Part shown: piece after piece, positions 39,757 to 49,666 of the stretch
Layout of the letters: each line of letters starts with the position of its first letter
Position numbering within the stretch: the first letter of the stretch is position 1
Assembly (NCBI GenBank): GCA_030688025.1
Contig: JAUYJL010000009.1
Span: 1,503 to 65,502 of the forward strand
Reading direction: 5' to 3'
Source: Candidatus Peregrinibacteria bacterium
Lineage (GTDB): Bacteria; Patescibacteriota; Gracilibacteria; UBA1369; LOWO2-01-FULL-3
DNA length: 64,000 nt
The notes under the pieces: model-generated
Databases searched by the model: none
What the model was told of the DNA's origin: nothing
What the model saw: the letters and a program-made list of their open reading frames with translations, nothing else
Program-made: the position numbers and the translations under genes

Positions 39757-39796
39757 GTTTCTATACGAAAACACTTCGCATAGAAACGAGTTAGCC
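39757..39796 (+). other. attI-like site
   Basis: Imperfect inverted repeat GTTTCTATACGAA-aacac-TTCGCATAGAAAC, followed by GA-GTTAGCC-GAAAT. The GTTAGCC at 39790-39796 supplies the TTAGCC that matches R'' (GGCTAAC) of the first attC. Confidence 0.7.
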
Positions 39797-39846
39797 GAAA
39801 TATCCTTTTATTAAACTCATTATTTAAAATCCTTAACTAAAATGTT

Positions 39847-40362
39847 ATGCACATCAAAAAACGTCCGTTGGTAATTTTTTTATCAATAGTAGCCATCTCT
39901 TTTATTGCTGGGTTGCTATATATGAACAAAGGGGTAGATCCAAACTATTCAATTTCAATTAATGGAAAAAACATAGTTGTTTCTCAGGATAAATGGAAAT
40001 TCGTTGAACCCTTTGAACCAAGTTTATATAGCAAAAATTATAGTGCTATAAATAAAAGAGATGGCCACGAATTTGAGCAGATGATAACAGTCTTTCTACA
40101 AAAAATGACTGACGATAGAAAAATTGGAGAAAAAATTACCAACTCAGAGTATATCGAAGCTTTTGTTGTGCATCCAAATTCAGTTACCGTACAAATCAGA
40201 ATTGATAAAGGTGATTATTGGGTCATGAGTAGAGAAACCTTTGAATCAAAAAATAATTACCCAGATCAAACAGATGTATCTTATTCTGATTTGTTACTGA
40301 ATTTTGAGGATATGCAGAACAGAATCGATAATACAAAATACATTTTAAATAATGAGTTTTAA
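39847..40362 (+). CDS. Cassette 1: membrane-anchored hypothetical protein (171 aa)
   Basis: Single ORF in cassette 39791-40494, with an N-terminal TM helix (LVIFLSIVAISFIAGLLYM). Confidence 0.6.
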   Translation: MHIKKRPLVIFLSIVAISFIAGLLYMNKGVDPNYSISINGKNIVVSQDKWKFVEPFEPSLYSKNYSAINKRDGHEFEQMITVFLQKMTDDRKIGEKITNSEYIEAFVVHPNSVTVQIRIDKGDYWVMSRETFESKNNYPDQTDVSYSDLLLNFEDMQNRIDNTKYILNNEF

Positions 40363-40383
40363 AAAACAATAAAAGGATACATC

Positions 40384-40500
40384 GGCTAACACAGAATATG
40401 CGGTTTCGCTCCCGTTGGTCGCTACACCCATATTTGCCAGCGGTCGCCCTTCGGGCATATTATACCGCTGTCAAACATCGCATATTCTGGGACGTTGTGC
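40384..40500 (+). other. attC 1 (R'' GGCTAAC ... R' GTTGTGC)
   Basis: L'' CAGAATATGCG pairs with L' CGCATATTCTG, and inner TTTGCCAGCGGT pairs with ACCGCTGTCAAA. Spacers are 1 nt after R'' and 4 nt (GGAC) before R'. Confidence 0.85.
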
Positions 40501-40578
40501 GAAATTCTCTTTTGTGAAAAACTGAAAACAAGGATAATTTTGGCACTTTTTAACTCATTAACTCTTAATTTAAAAACT

Positions 40579-41421
40579 ATGAGCGAGCAAACAACATCGA
40601 AACCTTGGTATAAAAAATGGTGGGGAATCATTTTAACAATCGCATTTTTCCCTCTTGTTGTACCATATTTAGTATGGACAAAAACAACTTGGAATAAATG
40701 GGTCAAAATCGCCATAACGGCAGTTTGTGCAATTATTGTTATTTCCAGCATGGTTGATTCCAGTCAAAGAAAGCAGGAATCCTTGGATCTCGTAAATCAA
40801 GCAGAAGTCTTTATCAGTGAAAATAAAATTAGCGATGCTTTGACTGCTTTGAATAAATCTCAAGAACTTAATACTATAAAAAGTGAAAATTCTGCTTTTG
40901 AATTAGAGGAGAAAATAACAAAATTGCAATCAGCAGAGTTTTTGAAAAAGACTTTAGCAGATATGTCAGATAGCGATTTTGACCTTCTACAGAAAGGCGA
41001 GCTAAAAACATCTTTTATCAATCACGATGGACTAAATAAACTTTTCCTTGCAAAGCTACGAGAGAACGCTGATCAGAGAGCCGTATATATTGCTGAAGTT
41101 GAGGAGTTAAGAAAAAAAGAACAAGAAGAAGCTGAGAAGAAAAAACTAGAAGCTGAAGCCAACGCTAGAACAGAAACGATTGAAAAGCAGTTTAGTGCTT
41201 GGGACGGCTCTCACATTAAACTTACAAGATTGATAAAAAATTCCATGAATGACCCAGATAGCTATGAACATGTTGAAACTAAATATTGGGACATGAAAGA
41301 TCATCTTATTGTAAATACAACATTTAGAGGGAAAAATGCTTTCGGCGGAACTGTAAAAAATACAGTAAAAGCCAAGGTTTCTCTTGACGGTGAGAATGTC
41401 GAAATTCTTGAACAATATTAA
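40579..41421 (+). CDS. Cassette 2: two-TM, coiled-coil hypothetical protein (280 aa)
   Basis: The start is set at MSEQTTSKPWYKKWW; the listed ORF start at 40495 is the cassette junction itself. The central region is Glu/Lys-rich and coiled. The C-terminal FSAWDGSH...KNAFGG domain has unknown function. Confidence 0.6.
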   Translation: MSEQTTSKPWYKKWWGIILTIAFFPLVVPYLVWTKTTWNKWVKIAITAVCAIIVISSMVDSSQRKQESLDLVNQAEVFISENKISDALTALNKSQELNTIKSENSAFELEEKITKLQSAEFLKKTLADMSDSDFDLLQKGELKTSFINHDGLNKLFLAKLRENADQRAVYIAEVEELRKKEQEEAEKKKLEAEANARTETIEKQFSAWDGSHIKLTRLIKNSMNDPDSYEHVETKYWDMKDHLIVNTTFRGKNAFGGTVKNTVKAKVSLDGENVEILEQY

Positions 41422-41475
41422 AGCGGATAAAAAGTGCCAAAATTGAATTAGATTTTTTTCACAAAAGAGAACATC

Positions 41476-41552
41476 GCACAACAGCGTGTATGCGGTTCCG
41501 CTACGCTCCACCCATATTGCTTCGCAACATCGCATACACGCAAACGTTAGCC
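41476..41552 (+). other. attC 2 (R'' GCACAAC ... R' GTTAGCC)
   Basis: L'' GCGTGTATGCG pairs with L' CGCATACACGC. There is 1 nt on the R'' side and AAAC on the R' side. Length is 77 bp. Confidence 0.85.
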
Positions 41553-41645
41553 GAAATTCAAAAAATATTTTCCTATAATTAAAGAGTTTTGATAGGCTCT
41601 TAGAAAATAACAAGCTTTATATAATCCACTAACAACATAAAAAAT

Positions 41646-42041
41646 ATGAAAGTACTTATCATCAAAAACGCACTAATACATTTCCTCCTGATTCCATTCT
41701 ATATTTTCACAGCAAAAGAAGTTGCACTCATGCCAGCAGATAGATGGGATACACTTCTTTTATTTATTGGTCTGATTGTCATAGCGCCAATTACCAGCAA
41801 CTTTATCTACAATTACAAAAATGCTGAAACTCAAAAAGCGATAAACTGGGGGCATGTAACGACATTTTTCTCAATGCTGGTAATTGGCATGCTGTTCATA
41901 GCTTTAGATGTTCTTCTCGTTTTAATGGTCGGAAATGTATTAGTTTTTAGATTAGTGCTTGCTCTTTTCTGGCTAGCCGTAGTTACATTTGATTTTGCAG
42001 ATTTTCTGACAAATACAAAGAGCCTATCAAAACAAAAATAA
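41646..42041 (+). CDS. Cassette 3: small 4-TM membrane protein (131 aa)
   Basis: Four hydrophobic helices; no family recognised. Confidence 0.55.
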   Translation: MKVLIIKNALIHFLLIPFYIFTAKEVALMPADRWDTLLLFIGLIVIAPITSNFIYNYKNAETQKAINWGHVTTFFSMLVIGMLFIALDVLLVLMVGNVLVFRLVLALFWLAVVTFDFADFLTNTKSLSKQK

Positions 42042-42113
42042 GGGAAAATATTTTTTGAACTCGCTCCTTTCAGTCGCGCCCCGCTGCGCTCTCCTCCCTT
42101 TGGTCGTCGGGTC

Positions 42114-42226
42114 GGCTAACACTGCATAACAGGTTCGGCTCTTGCAGAGCCTCACCCAAATTGCGCAGGTGTGAGCCTTCGGCTATTATACACCTGCGCA
42201 ACTTCTGTTATGCAGGAACGTTATAT
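42114..42226 (+). other. attC 3 (R'' GGCTAAC ... R' GTTATAT)
   Basis: L'' CTGCATAACAGG pairs with L' TCTGTTATGCAG, and inner TTGCGCAGGTGT pairs with ACACCTGCGCAA. The R'-side spacer is GAAC. Confidence 0.85.
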
Positions 42227-42267
42227 GAAATGCTTTTGGGGCTAACTTTATTTGATACAATCAAAAC

Positions 42268-43182
42268 ATGAAATTTCAATTAACGGAACCGAACAAACAA
42301 TATTCAAATGCTGAACTCATAGAAGATATTCAAAGAGTTGCAGGTGAGCTCGGCAAAAATTCTGTATCCCAACGAGAATATGATCGATTGGGCAATTTTT
42401 CGTATCAGACATTCAAAAAGAGGTTCGGTTCCTGGAAAAGTGCATTAAAAGAAGCTGGGCTTGAACAAAGCAAGCGTCCTTGGGGTGGTGATTTAACAGA
42501 AACACGCATACCCAAAGAACAGCTTATTGCAGATATGAAAAGAGTTGCAGGCGAACTGGAAAAACAAGCTATCACAATTGCTGATTATGATAAGCATGGA
42601 AAGTTTGGCTCTTCGGCAATCTGTAAAAGATTTGGTGGCTGGAACAAGGCAAAAGAAGCAGCAAATCTGAAAATCGGAAGAGTTTATAATTCAACAGACG
42701 AAGACTATTTTGAAAACATAGCTGATGTTTGGGAACATCTTGGTCGCCAACCACGATATCAAGAAATGACAGCACCACTTTCAAAATTAAATATATCATC
42801 ATACGAGCGAAAATTTGGAACATGGCGAAATGCTCTCGAAAAATTTGTTGAATATATAAACTCTAAAGACGACGCCGAAGAGCCGCAAGAAGCAATCGAG
42901 CCAAAGAAATCAGCAATTGTTCCTAAAAAAGAAGAGAAACCAATAAAAAAGCAGGTGGTTAAAAAAAGAACCAACCGCATTGCAAATCTACGACAGAGAT
43001 TTAGAGTAATGAAAAGAGATGGTTTCAAATGTGTATTGTGTGGAAGTTCGCCAGCAACTCAAGTAGGCTGTGAATTGCATATAGATCACATCATACCTTG
43101 GAGTAAAGGTGGTGAAACTGTAGAGGAAAATTTAAGGACGCTTTGTTCAAGCTGTAATTTAGGAAGATCAAATAAAGAATAA
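42268..43182 (+). CDS. Cassette 4: HNH endonuclease with three N-terminal ~55-aa repeats
   Basis: C-terminal CVLCGS...HIDHIIPWSKGGETVEENLRTLCSSCN is an HNH motif. The N-terminus has three copies of ...(Q/D)YD(R/K)...(F/Y)...KRFGSWK(S/N)AL.EAGL-type repeats (homing-endonuclease-associated repeat). Confidence 0.85.
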   Translation: MKFQLTEPNKQYSNAELIEDIQRVAGELGKNSVSQREYDRLGNFSYQTFKKRFGSWKSALKEAGLEQSKRPWGGDLTETRIPKEQLIADMKRVAGELEKQAITIADYDKHGKFGSSAICKRFGGWNKAKEAANLKIGRVYNSTDEDYFENIADVWEHLGRQPRYQEMTAPLSKLNISSYERKFGTWRNALEKFVEYINSKDDAEEPQEAIEPKKSAIVPKKEEKPIKKQVVKKRTNRIANLRQRFRVMKRDGFKCVLCGSSPATQVGCELHIDHIIPWSKGGETVEENLRTLCSSCNLGRSNKE

Positions 43183-43204
43183 TGAACCGCCCCAAAAGCA
43201 CATC

Positions 43205-43282
43205 ATATAACAAGGCATATACGGCTACGCTACGCTTCGCCCATATTGCTATCGCAACATCGTATATGCCGAAACGTTAGCC
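43205..43282 (+). other. attC 4 (R'' ATATAAC ... R' GTTAGCC)
   Basis: L'' GGCATATACGG pairs with L' CGTATATGCC. The R'-side spacer is GAAAC. Length is 78 bp. Confidence 0.85.
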
Positions 43283-43326
43283 GAAATTGAAAGTAATTTT
43301 TTTATTCCTTTAACCAAAATCAAAAC

Positions 43327-43605
43327 ATGGAAAAGTATTTCATTTTAGCAATAACATTTGCATATAGCATCGGCGGTTTAGTCACATTCGCAGGATTTTT
43401 TCCAACAATGAAGGATTTATGGAAAGGAAAACCAAGTGCAAATGTGCACACCTACATAATTTGGTCGATAACAACCTTCCTTACATCTTTATATGCAATA
43501 TTTGTTGTCAAAGACTTGGTTTTCAGTTTGGTTATCAACCTACAATTAGCGGCATGTTTAATAGTTTTGATTTTGAGATTAAGGCTAAAATTAAAAAGAA
43601 CATAA
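43327..43605 (+). CDS. Cassette 5: small 3-TM membrane protein (92 aa; SemiSWEET/PQ-loop-like topology)
   Basis: Three hydrophobic helices in 92 aa. The family assignment is only a guess from topology. Confidence 0.45.
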   Translation: MEKYFILAITFAYSIGGLVTFAGFFPTMKDLWKGKPSANVHTYIIWSITTFLTSLYAIFVVKDLVFSLVINLQLAACLIVLILRLRLKLKRT

Positions 43606-43665
43606 AAAAATTACTTTCAACTCAAGGGGACGCTGCGCTTTCGCTCCCTTCAGTCGCTCACCCTC

Positions 43666-43783
43666 GGCTAACACTGAATGTGCGGTTCGCGGCTTGCAGC
43701 CGCTCTCCCATATTCACTGGCGGTGAATCGCTTTGCGATATATTATACCGCCAGTGAACATCGCACATTCAGAAACGTTAGGC
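43666..43783 (+). other. attC 5 (R'' GGCTAAC ... R' GTTAGGC)
   Basis: L'' CTGAATGTGCG pairs with L' CGCACATTCAG, and inner TTCACTGGCGGT pairs with ACCGCCAGTGAA. The R'-side spacer is AAAC. Confidence 0.85.
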
Positions 43784-43873
43784 GAAAGAAGAAAAAGCAT
43801 TTGTATTTTACAGTCGACTTGACAAGTCGCCAAAAAAAAGTATAAAGTAGAAAACTATTAACACATACTATTT

Positions 43874-44101
43874 ATGGAAAAAATACAATGTCCTGGTTAT
43901 TACTATAAAAATCGTGAAATGCAGCCAGCCTTTCCTGATGATAAAGTTGATGCATTAGTCCAAGAAGTAGATGGCGAACTCATAGTAGCATGCCCATTTT
44001 TAAGACAACCTACTGAGGCCAGCCCATTGTTATGCGGAAGAATACTTCAGATAACGCATACTGACGAAGTAGCGGCTGGCTGCCCCTATTCAACAAAGTA
44101 A
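43874..44101 (+). CDS. Cassette 6: small Cys-containing hypothetical protein (75 aa)
   Basis: Single ORF in cassette 43778-44239; no family recognised. Confidence 0.45.
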   Translation: MEKIQCPGYYYKNREMQPAFPDDKVDALVQEVDGELIVACPFLRQPTEASPLLCGRILQITHTDEVAAGCPYSTK

Positions 44102-44119
44102 ACCGCTTTTTCTTCCATC

Positions 44120-44245
44120 GCCTAACAATGAATAACTGGTTCACTCCTTCACTCCGTTCAGTCGTTCTCCCAAATTTGGCGGCGGTATGTCGCTCCGCTC
44201 CAAATTTTACCGCCACCACACTTCAGTTATTCATGGACGTTAGCT
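44120..44245 (+). other. attC 6 (R'' GCCTAAC ... R' GTTAGCT)
   Basis: L'' ATGAATAACTGG pairs with L' CAGTTATTCAT, and inner TTTGGCGGCGGT pairs with ACCGCCACCACA (imperfect). The R'-side spacer is GGAC. Confidence 0.85.
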
Positions 44246-44474
44246 GAAATATTCCTTTTCTTTTCTGGGCTATCGCCCAATTGTTTTAAAAAATTTTCAA
44301 ATTTCTTTTTCTTTTTTATAAGGGGAAATATGGAGTTTTCTCCGCTCTGCTACGAAAACACTTGTTTTGTAGAGGGGAATAGCGGTGTTTCCTCCGCTTC
44401 GCTCCAGAAACTCTTTATATATTAAGGGAAAAATACTATACTACCATTAACCCGCCTTTGAACATAAAAACCCT

Positions 44475-46535
44475 ATGGAAATTAATTTCAAAAGTAAATT
44501 ATTTGAACTACTAAAAAGAGACCATCGTCTTTGGAATGAAGAGACCAAGGAATTCAATGAAACTCTTTTAAAAGATTTAGTGGATAAGCTGGATGAAAAT
44601 ATCCTCGAGCTACTTTTTAATAACGCGGAAACAAAAGAACGATTTTTCATAAAAATAAAGGATGTTTATGTATTAAAGCAAAACGAGTTAAAATTTTTCA
44701 TTGATGAAAATAAATTAGACAATTCATTTACCCAGCTTGCCAATAAAATTGGCCTCACCATAGATGACAAAAAAGACGAAAGGGTTGTTTTGAACTGGCC
44801 ATTTAAGGATTGTGTATTAGAGGGCGGCATGACAAAAGAAGACGCTGTTGATGTTTATTATAAATTTGATAAAAAGACCGGCGAATGGAAAGAGGAGGCC
44901 GCAAAGAGAAAAGAAATTTTCTTTAATGAAGTTTTAGCTCGCGATGAAATAGACCGGCTTGAAGATCCAAAAACTCTTTATAAGTGGCGAAGATTTACTG
45001 CTGAAAATTCTGAAAATGGAGAAGAGTTAAAAGAAATAAAGAGAGACGAAAAAGGGATTATAAAGGAAAATTTTGTAATCAAAGGCAATAATCTACTTTC
45101 ATTACATAGCTTAAAATCTCAATTTGAAGGGAAAATAAAACTTATCTACATAGATCCCCCATTTAACACTGGTAAGGATGAATTCAAGTATAATGACAAC
45201 TTTAATCATTCTGCATGGCTAACTTTCATGAAAAACAGGCTAGCGGTAGCAAAAGAATTATTAAGAGATGACGGCGTAATTTTTGTACACATTGGCAATG
45301 AGGAAGCGGCATATATGCAAGTTTTATTAGATGAAATTTTTAACAGGGAAAATTATTTGAATCATATTACAATGAGTACTAATGCGGCATCTGGATTTAA
45401 AGCTACCAGTGCTAAAATATTTTCAACAGCAAACCATATTTTTGTTTATGCCAAAAAAGCAGATAAGGGGTATTTGAATAAGTTATATACAAGAAAAGAA
45501 TATGATGATAGTTACGGATATTATTTACTAAATCCAAGCGAACCATATTCAAGATGGAAGTACAAAAAAATTATTGAAATACTCGCCGAAGAAAATGGAT
45601 TTAAAGATGTGAAATCTTTTCAGAAAAGTTTCGCCAAAGAAATTATACTGGAAAAAATAAAAAAATTTGCACATCTAAATAAGGAAAGAGTATTCCGGAC
45701 TGCAGCATTAGGCGGAGGCGCACTTACGAAAAGAAAAGTCACTGTAGAAAAATCCAAAAAAGAAAAAGGGGTTGTTCTCCAACATCCAAATGAAGACGTG
45801 AAAGGTTTTTATATTTTAAATGGAGAACAGATCGTTTTTTGGTCAAATACCTATAAAGAAATTGATGGAGATATTGTGCCAGCAACATCCCTCACAGATG
45901 TATGGACTGACATCGGTTTTACTGGAATCGCAAATGAGGGTGGTATAACCTTAAAAAATGGCAAAAAACCTGAACCTCTCCTTAAAAGGATAATTGAATT
46001 AGGATCAAGCGAAAATGATATAGTACTTGATTTCTTCGCTGGCAGTGGAACCACTTGCGCGGTGGCCCATAAAATGGGACGACAGTGGATTGCCATCGAA
46101 CAACTTGATTATTCTGATAATAACCCTGAGGAAAGAATGAAAGGGGTCATTGCTGGCGATCCTACTGGAATTTCCAAAACAATAAATTGGAAGGGTGGAG
46201 GTGACTTTATTTACACGCAACTGGCAAAATGGAATGAAGAGGCAAAAGAAAAAATTTCTGAAGCAAAATCTTATGATGAGTTAGTGAAGCTATTTTCATT
46301 GCTCTATGAAAAATATTTCCTAAATTATAATGTGCGAGCAAAAGATTTTAAAGAAAGCATAATAGAAAACAATGAATTCAAAAAACTTTCACTCGAAAGA
46401 CAAAAGGAAATATTTGGAAAAATGCTCGATCTAAACCAGATGTACATAAATTTCAGTGAAAGGAATGATAAAAAATATGAGCTAACATCAAGAGATATAG
46501 AACTCAGTGAAAAATTTTATAATGTGAAAAATTAA
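44475..46535 (+). CDS. mod: Cassette 7: Type III restriction-modification methyltransferase (Mod)
   Basis: LIYIDPPFNTGKDEF (motif IV, DPPF) precedes DFFAGSGTTCAVAHKMGRQWIAIE (motif I), a beta-class order typical of Type III Mod. The res gene follows immediately. Confidence 0.88.
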   Translation: MEINFKSKLFELLKRDHRLWNEETKEFNETLLKDLVDKLDENILELLFNNAETKERFFIKIKDVYVLKQNELKFFIDENKLDNSFTQLANKIGLTIDDKKDERVVLNWPFKDCVLEGGMTKEDAVDVYYKFDKKTGEWKEEAAKRKEIFFNEVLARDEIDRLEDPKTLYKWRRFTAENSENGEELKEIKRDEKGIIKENFVIKGNNLLSLHSLKSQFEGKIKLIYIDPPFNTGKDEFKYNDNFNHSAWLTFMKNRLAVAKELLRDDGVIFVHIGNEEAAYMQVLLDEIFNRENYLNHITMSTNAASGFKATSAKIFSTANHIFVYAKKADKGYLNKLYTRKEYDDSYGYYLLNPSEPYSRWKYKKIIEILAEENGFKDVKSFQKSFAKEIILEKIKKFAHLNKERVFRTAALGGGALTKRKVTVEKSKKEKGVVLQHPNEDVKGFYILNGEQIVFWSNTYKEIDGDIVPATSLTDVWTDIGFTGIANEGGITLKNGKKPEPLLKRIIELGSSENDIVLDFFAGSGTTCAVAHKMGRQWIAIEQLDYSDNNPEERMKGVIAGDPTGISKTINWKGGGDFIYTQLAKWNEEAKEKISEAKSYDELVKLFSLLYEKYFLNYNVRAKDFKESIIENNEFKKLSLERQKEIFGKMLDLNQMYINFSERNDKKYELTSRDIELSEKFYNVKN

Positions 46536-46537
46536 GT

Positions 46538-49321
46538 ATGAATGAGCAAAATTTACAACAGCTCATTGAATCAGAAATAGGTCGAAAGACCATTTCGAAA
46601 ATAGATTTGCCTGAATACATCACTACTAATTTAAGGCACGATTTTTGGTATTGGCAAAAAGAAGCATTGCAATATTTTTTTGCATTTGATGATCCTGTAT
46701 ACGAATTTGAGAAAATAGTGAATGAGCCAACTCACTTGATGTTTAACATGGCGACCGGCACAGGCAAAACCATGCTCATGGGAGCACTGATTTTATATTA
46801 CTACACAAAGGGTTATAAACACTTCATTTTCTTTGTAAACCAAAATAACATTGTAGATAAAACGGAAAATAATTTTATCAATAAAAGCCACACTAAATAT
46901 ATTTTCAGGCAGAGGACAGTAATAGATGACAAGACAATCAATATCCGCAAAGTTGAAACTTTTGACGAAACTGATGACATTCAAATTAAATTTGTTTCAA
47001 TTCATAAGCTTCACAACGATGTCTATTTAGCAAAAGAAAATTCCTTAACACTTCAGGAATTACAGACAAGAGATTTAGTCATGATCGGAGACGAAGCACA
47101 TCATTTTAACGCTTCCACAATAAAGAATGGCCAAACAGAAATTGAATTACCAACAGAACTAAAAGAGAATGCCAGTGATAAAGATATTGAGAAAAGCTGG
47201 GAAGATACGGTTTTAAATAAGATTTTGAGAAAAGGAAAAAGTAAACAAGATGTCGAGAATAAAAATGTTTTACTGGAATTTACTGCAACCATTCCTAAAA
47301 ATACAGATGTTATTGAAAAATACCACACAAAGATTATATATAAATTTGAACTCGTTGATTTTTTAAAGGCGGGATATACAAAGGAAATAAACTTAGTATC
47401 CACATCACTGAAAAAGAAAGAGAAAATTTTATTATCCTTGCTTTTTAATTGGTACCGTCATCAGATTGCACTAAAAAATAACATACCAAATTTTAAGCCA
47501 GTCATTCTTTTCAGAAGTAAACTTATTGAAGAATCAGAAAAAGATTATCAGGAATTTTGTTCAATTATTTCAAAACTAAATCCCTCAGATTTTGATTTCT
47601 TAAAAACTGTTGAGGATAGTATAAAACAAGATCAGGACAGTCTATTTAAAGTTTATGAACAAGGAAAAAGTCGCGTAAAGCAGCTTTTGCAGTTTATTAA
47701 GGACGAAAAAATCAACATTCGCCAGATACTGGATTACTTACAATCAGAATTTTCTGAAAAAAATTGCATTATTACGAACTCAAAAGATAACAATGCAACT
47801 ACTAAAGAAAAAACCTCAGAAGAGCAGGAGCAACTACTAAACAGCTTAGAAGATAAAAATAATCATACCCGTGCAATTTTTACGGTAAAACGACTTACTG
47901 AGGGCTGGGATGTATTAAATCTCTTTGATATAGTTAGACTCTATGAAGGAAGAGATGAGGGGCATAAAAACGGTAAAAGAATTGCCGGTCAAGCAACGAC
48001 TCAAGAAATACAACTAATCGGGCGTGGAGTCCGTTATTTCCCCTTTTCTTACAATGAGCATGAAAAAAACAAAAGAAAATTTGACAATGATTTAGAAAAT
48101 CCCCTCAGAGTTTTGGAAGAGTTTTATTATCACAGTGGAGGCGGTGATTTAGAAAAAGAACGCAGATATATTGATGAATTAAAACGAGAACTTAAAAATA
48201 AAGGATATATTCAAGAGAATAGATCACCAAAGAAATTTAGTTTGAAAGAAGAGTTTAAACAAACAGCTTTTTTTAGAGAGATAAAAGTGTGGAAGAATGA
48301 AAGAATAGAGAATCCGGAAAGGCGCCGACATACACTAACGGAATTGCAAAAGAATTTTATTTTTGAGTACAAAACAAAAGATTTGTCGTTAAGTGAGCAA
48401 CGTGTTGTTTTCGATAATGAGGTCGACGAAATGCTTGCTGAAAGTAAAAGTACAGAGAGAAAAACCTTAAACGTAAAAATTTCAGAGTTTGAAAAACATA
48501 TTGTATGGAAAGCTATAAACAGAAAAGCAAAAAAAGATTTATCGATTTTGCGCTTTGATAATTTGAAAGATGAATTGGATATTAAAAGTATTGATGAAAT
48601 TTTCTCCGATAATCTTCTTGGGGAATTTAAGGTAAATATTATTGTTTCAAAAACTAAAAATGGGTTCTCCGAAATAGATAACAAGGAAAAATTAGAAATA
48701 CTACTTTCCTTTTTTGATGAATTTACCAAGAAGCTAAAAGAAATTGCTAATCCATTCAAAGGAACAATGGATTTTATGCCGTTTTCATTTGGTCAACTTT
48801 TTGGCGAGGAAAAAAAGAAAAATGTGCTTATCGACGAAGAGAGTAAGGCTCTTGAGGTAGAGTTACTCCAACACAAATGGTATGTTTTAGACGGGTTTAA
48901 TGGAACAAGTGAGGAAAGAGATTTAATTGAATTTTTCAAAAACAAATTTGGCAATCTTGAAGAAAAATATGACGAAATTTATCTGCTCAGAAACGAGGAG
49001 GTATATAAACTCTATGATTTTGAACAGGGACGTGGATTTGAGCCAGATTTTTTACTTTTCCTGAAAGGTAAGGAAGGAAATTTATATTTCCAAGTATTTA
49101 TTGAGCCAAAAGGTAGTCAATTTACAGATAAAGAAGGTGGTTTCAAGGAAAGCAAAGAAGGATGGAAGGAAGAATTTTTACAACAAATTACAGATAAATA
49201 TGGCACTGGCAACTTATTAAAAGTAGAAAGTAAAAACTACAAATTGATCGGATTACCTTTATTCAACAAGCAAGAAGAACATTCCTTTGATACAGAATTT
49301 AGTAATCTGCTATTAAAATAG
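46538..49321 (+). CDS. res: Cassette 7: Type III restriction enzyme Res subunit (SF2 helicase-nuclease)
   Basis: Walker A is MATGTGKT and the DEAH box is MIGDEAHHF. Helicase motif VI-like QLIGRGVR is present, as is a C-terminal nuclease-like EPDFLLF...IEPKG (PD-ExK). Confidence 0.88.
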   Translation: MNEQNLQQLIESEIGRKTISKIDLPEYITTNLRHDFWYWQKEALQYFFAFDDPVYEFEKIVNEPTHLMFNMATGTGKTMLMGALILYYYTKGYKHFIFFVNQNNIVDKTENNFINKSHTKYIFRQRTVIDDKTINIRKVETFDETDDIQIKFVSIHKLHNDVYLAKENSLTLQELQTRDLVMIGDEAHHFNASTIKNGQTEIELPTELKENASDKDIEKSWEDTVLNKILRKGKSKQDVENKNVLLEFTATIPKNTDVIEKYHTKIIYKFELVDFLKAGYTKEINLVSTSLKKKEKILLSLLFNWYRHQIALKNNIPNFKPVILFRSKLIEESEKDYQEFCSIISKLNPSDFDFLKTVEDSIKQDQDSLFKVYEQGKSRVKQLLQFIKDEKINIRQILDYLQSEFSEKNCIITNSKDNNATTKEKTSEEQEQLLNSLEDKNNHTRAIFTVKRLTEGWDVLNLFDIVRLYEGRDEGHKNGKRIAGQATTQEIQLIGRGVRYFPFSYNEHEKNKRKFDNDLENPLRVLEEFYYHSGGGDLEKERRYIDELKRELKNKGYIQENRSPKKFSLKEEFKQTAFFREIKVWKNERIENPERRRHTLTELQKNFIFEYKTKDLSLSEQRVVFDNEVDEMLAESKSTERKTLNVKISEFEKHIVWKAINRKAKKDLSILRFDNLKDELDIKSIDEIFSDNLLGEFKVNIIVSKTKNGFSEIDNKEKLEILLSFFDEFTKKLKEIANPFKGTMDFMPFSFGQLFGEEKKKNVLIDEESKALEVELLQHKWYVLDGFNGTSEERDLIEFFKNKFGNLEEKYDEIYLLRNEEVYKLYDFEQGRGFEPDFLLFLKGKEGNLYFQVFIEPKGSQFTDKEGGFKESKEGWKEEFLQQITDKYGTGNLLKVESKNYKLIGLPLFNKQEEHSFDTEFSNLLLK

Positions 49322-49324
49322 GAA

Positions 49325-49379
49325 GTTTTCGGTCGGGGCAATTCACCCCTTTAGTTCCCCTCTTGCCCCTCCCTCAAAC
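49325..49379. repeat. Conserved-loop hairpin H1 (degenerate copy)
   Basis: GTTTTCGGTCGGGGCAA - TTCACCCCTTTAGTTCCCCTC - TTGCCCCTCCCTCAAAC, with 13/17 stem pairs. Confidence 0.6.
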
Positions 49380-49390
49380 AAGAAATAGGT

Positions 49391-49445
49391 GTTTTGGGTG
49401 GCGGGCATTCACCCCTTTAATTCCCCTCTGCCCACCACCCAAAAC
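49391..49445. repeat. Conserved-loop hairpin H2
   Basis: GTTTTGGGTGGCGGGCA - TTCACCCCTTTAATTCCCCTC - TGCCCACCACCCAAAAC, with 16/17 stem pairs. Confidence 0.75.
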
Positions 49446-49509
49446 GGAAAAAGAAATTTGAAAATTTTTAAAACAACCGACTATCGACGGAAAAGAAAAG
49501 GAATACATC

Positions 49510-49636
49510 AGCTAACACTGCGTATGCGGTTACGGCTTGCTCCGTACCTCCGCAAGCCTCCACCCATATTTGCCAGTGGTAAGCACTTCGTGCAATTATA
49601 CCACTGGCAAACATCGCATACGCAGGGACGTTATGT
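49510..49636 (+). other. attC 7 (R'' AGCTAAC ... R' GTTATGT)
   Basis: L'' TGCGTATGCG pairs with L' CGCATACGCA, and inner TTTGCCAGTGGT pairs perfectly with ACCACTGGCAAA. The R'-side spacer is GGGAC. Confidence 0.88.
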
Positions 49637-49666
49637 GAAATAGACTTTACTACCTAAGTGCAAAAT

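Noticed and set aside
40422-41613. Minus-strand ORFs 40422-40751, 40669-40863 and 41146-41613
   Set aside because: They span attC sites or lie antisense to cassette ORFs. The attC palindromes create open frames on both strands.
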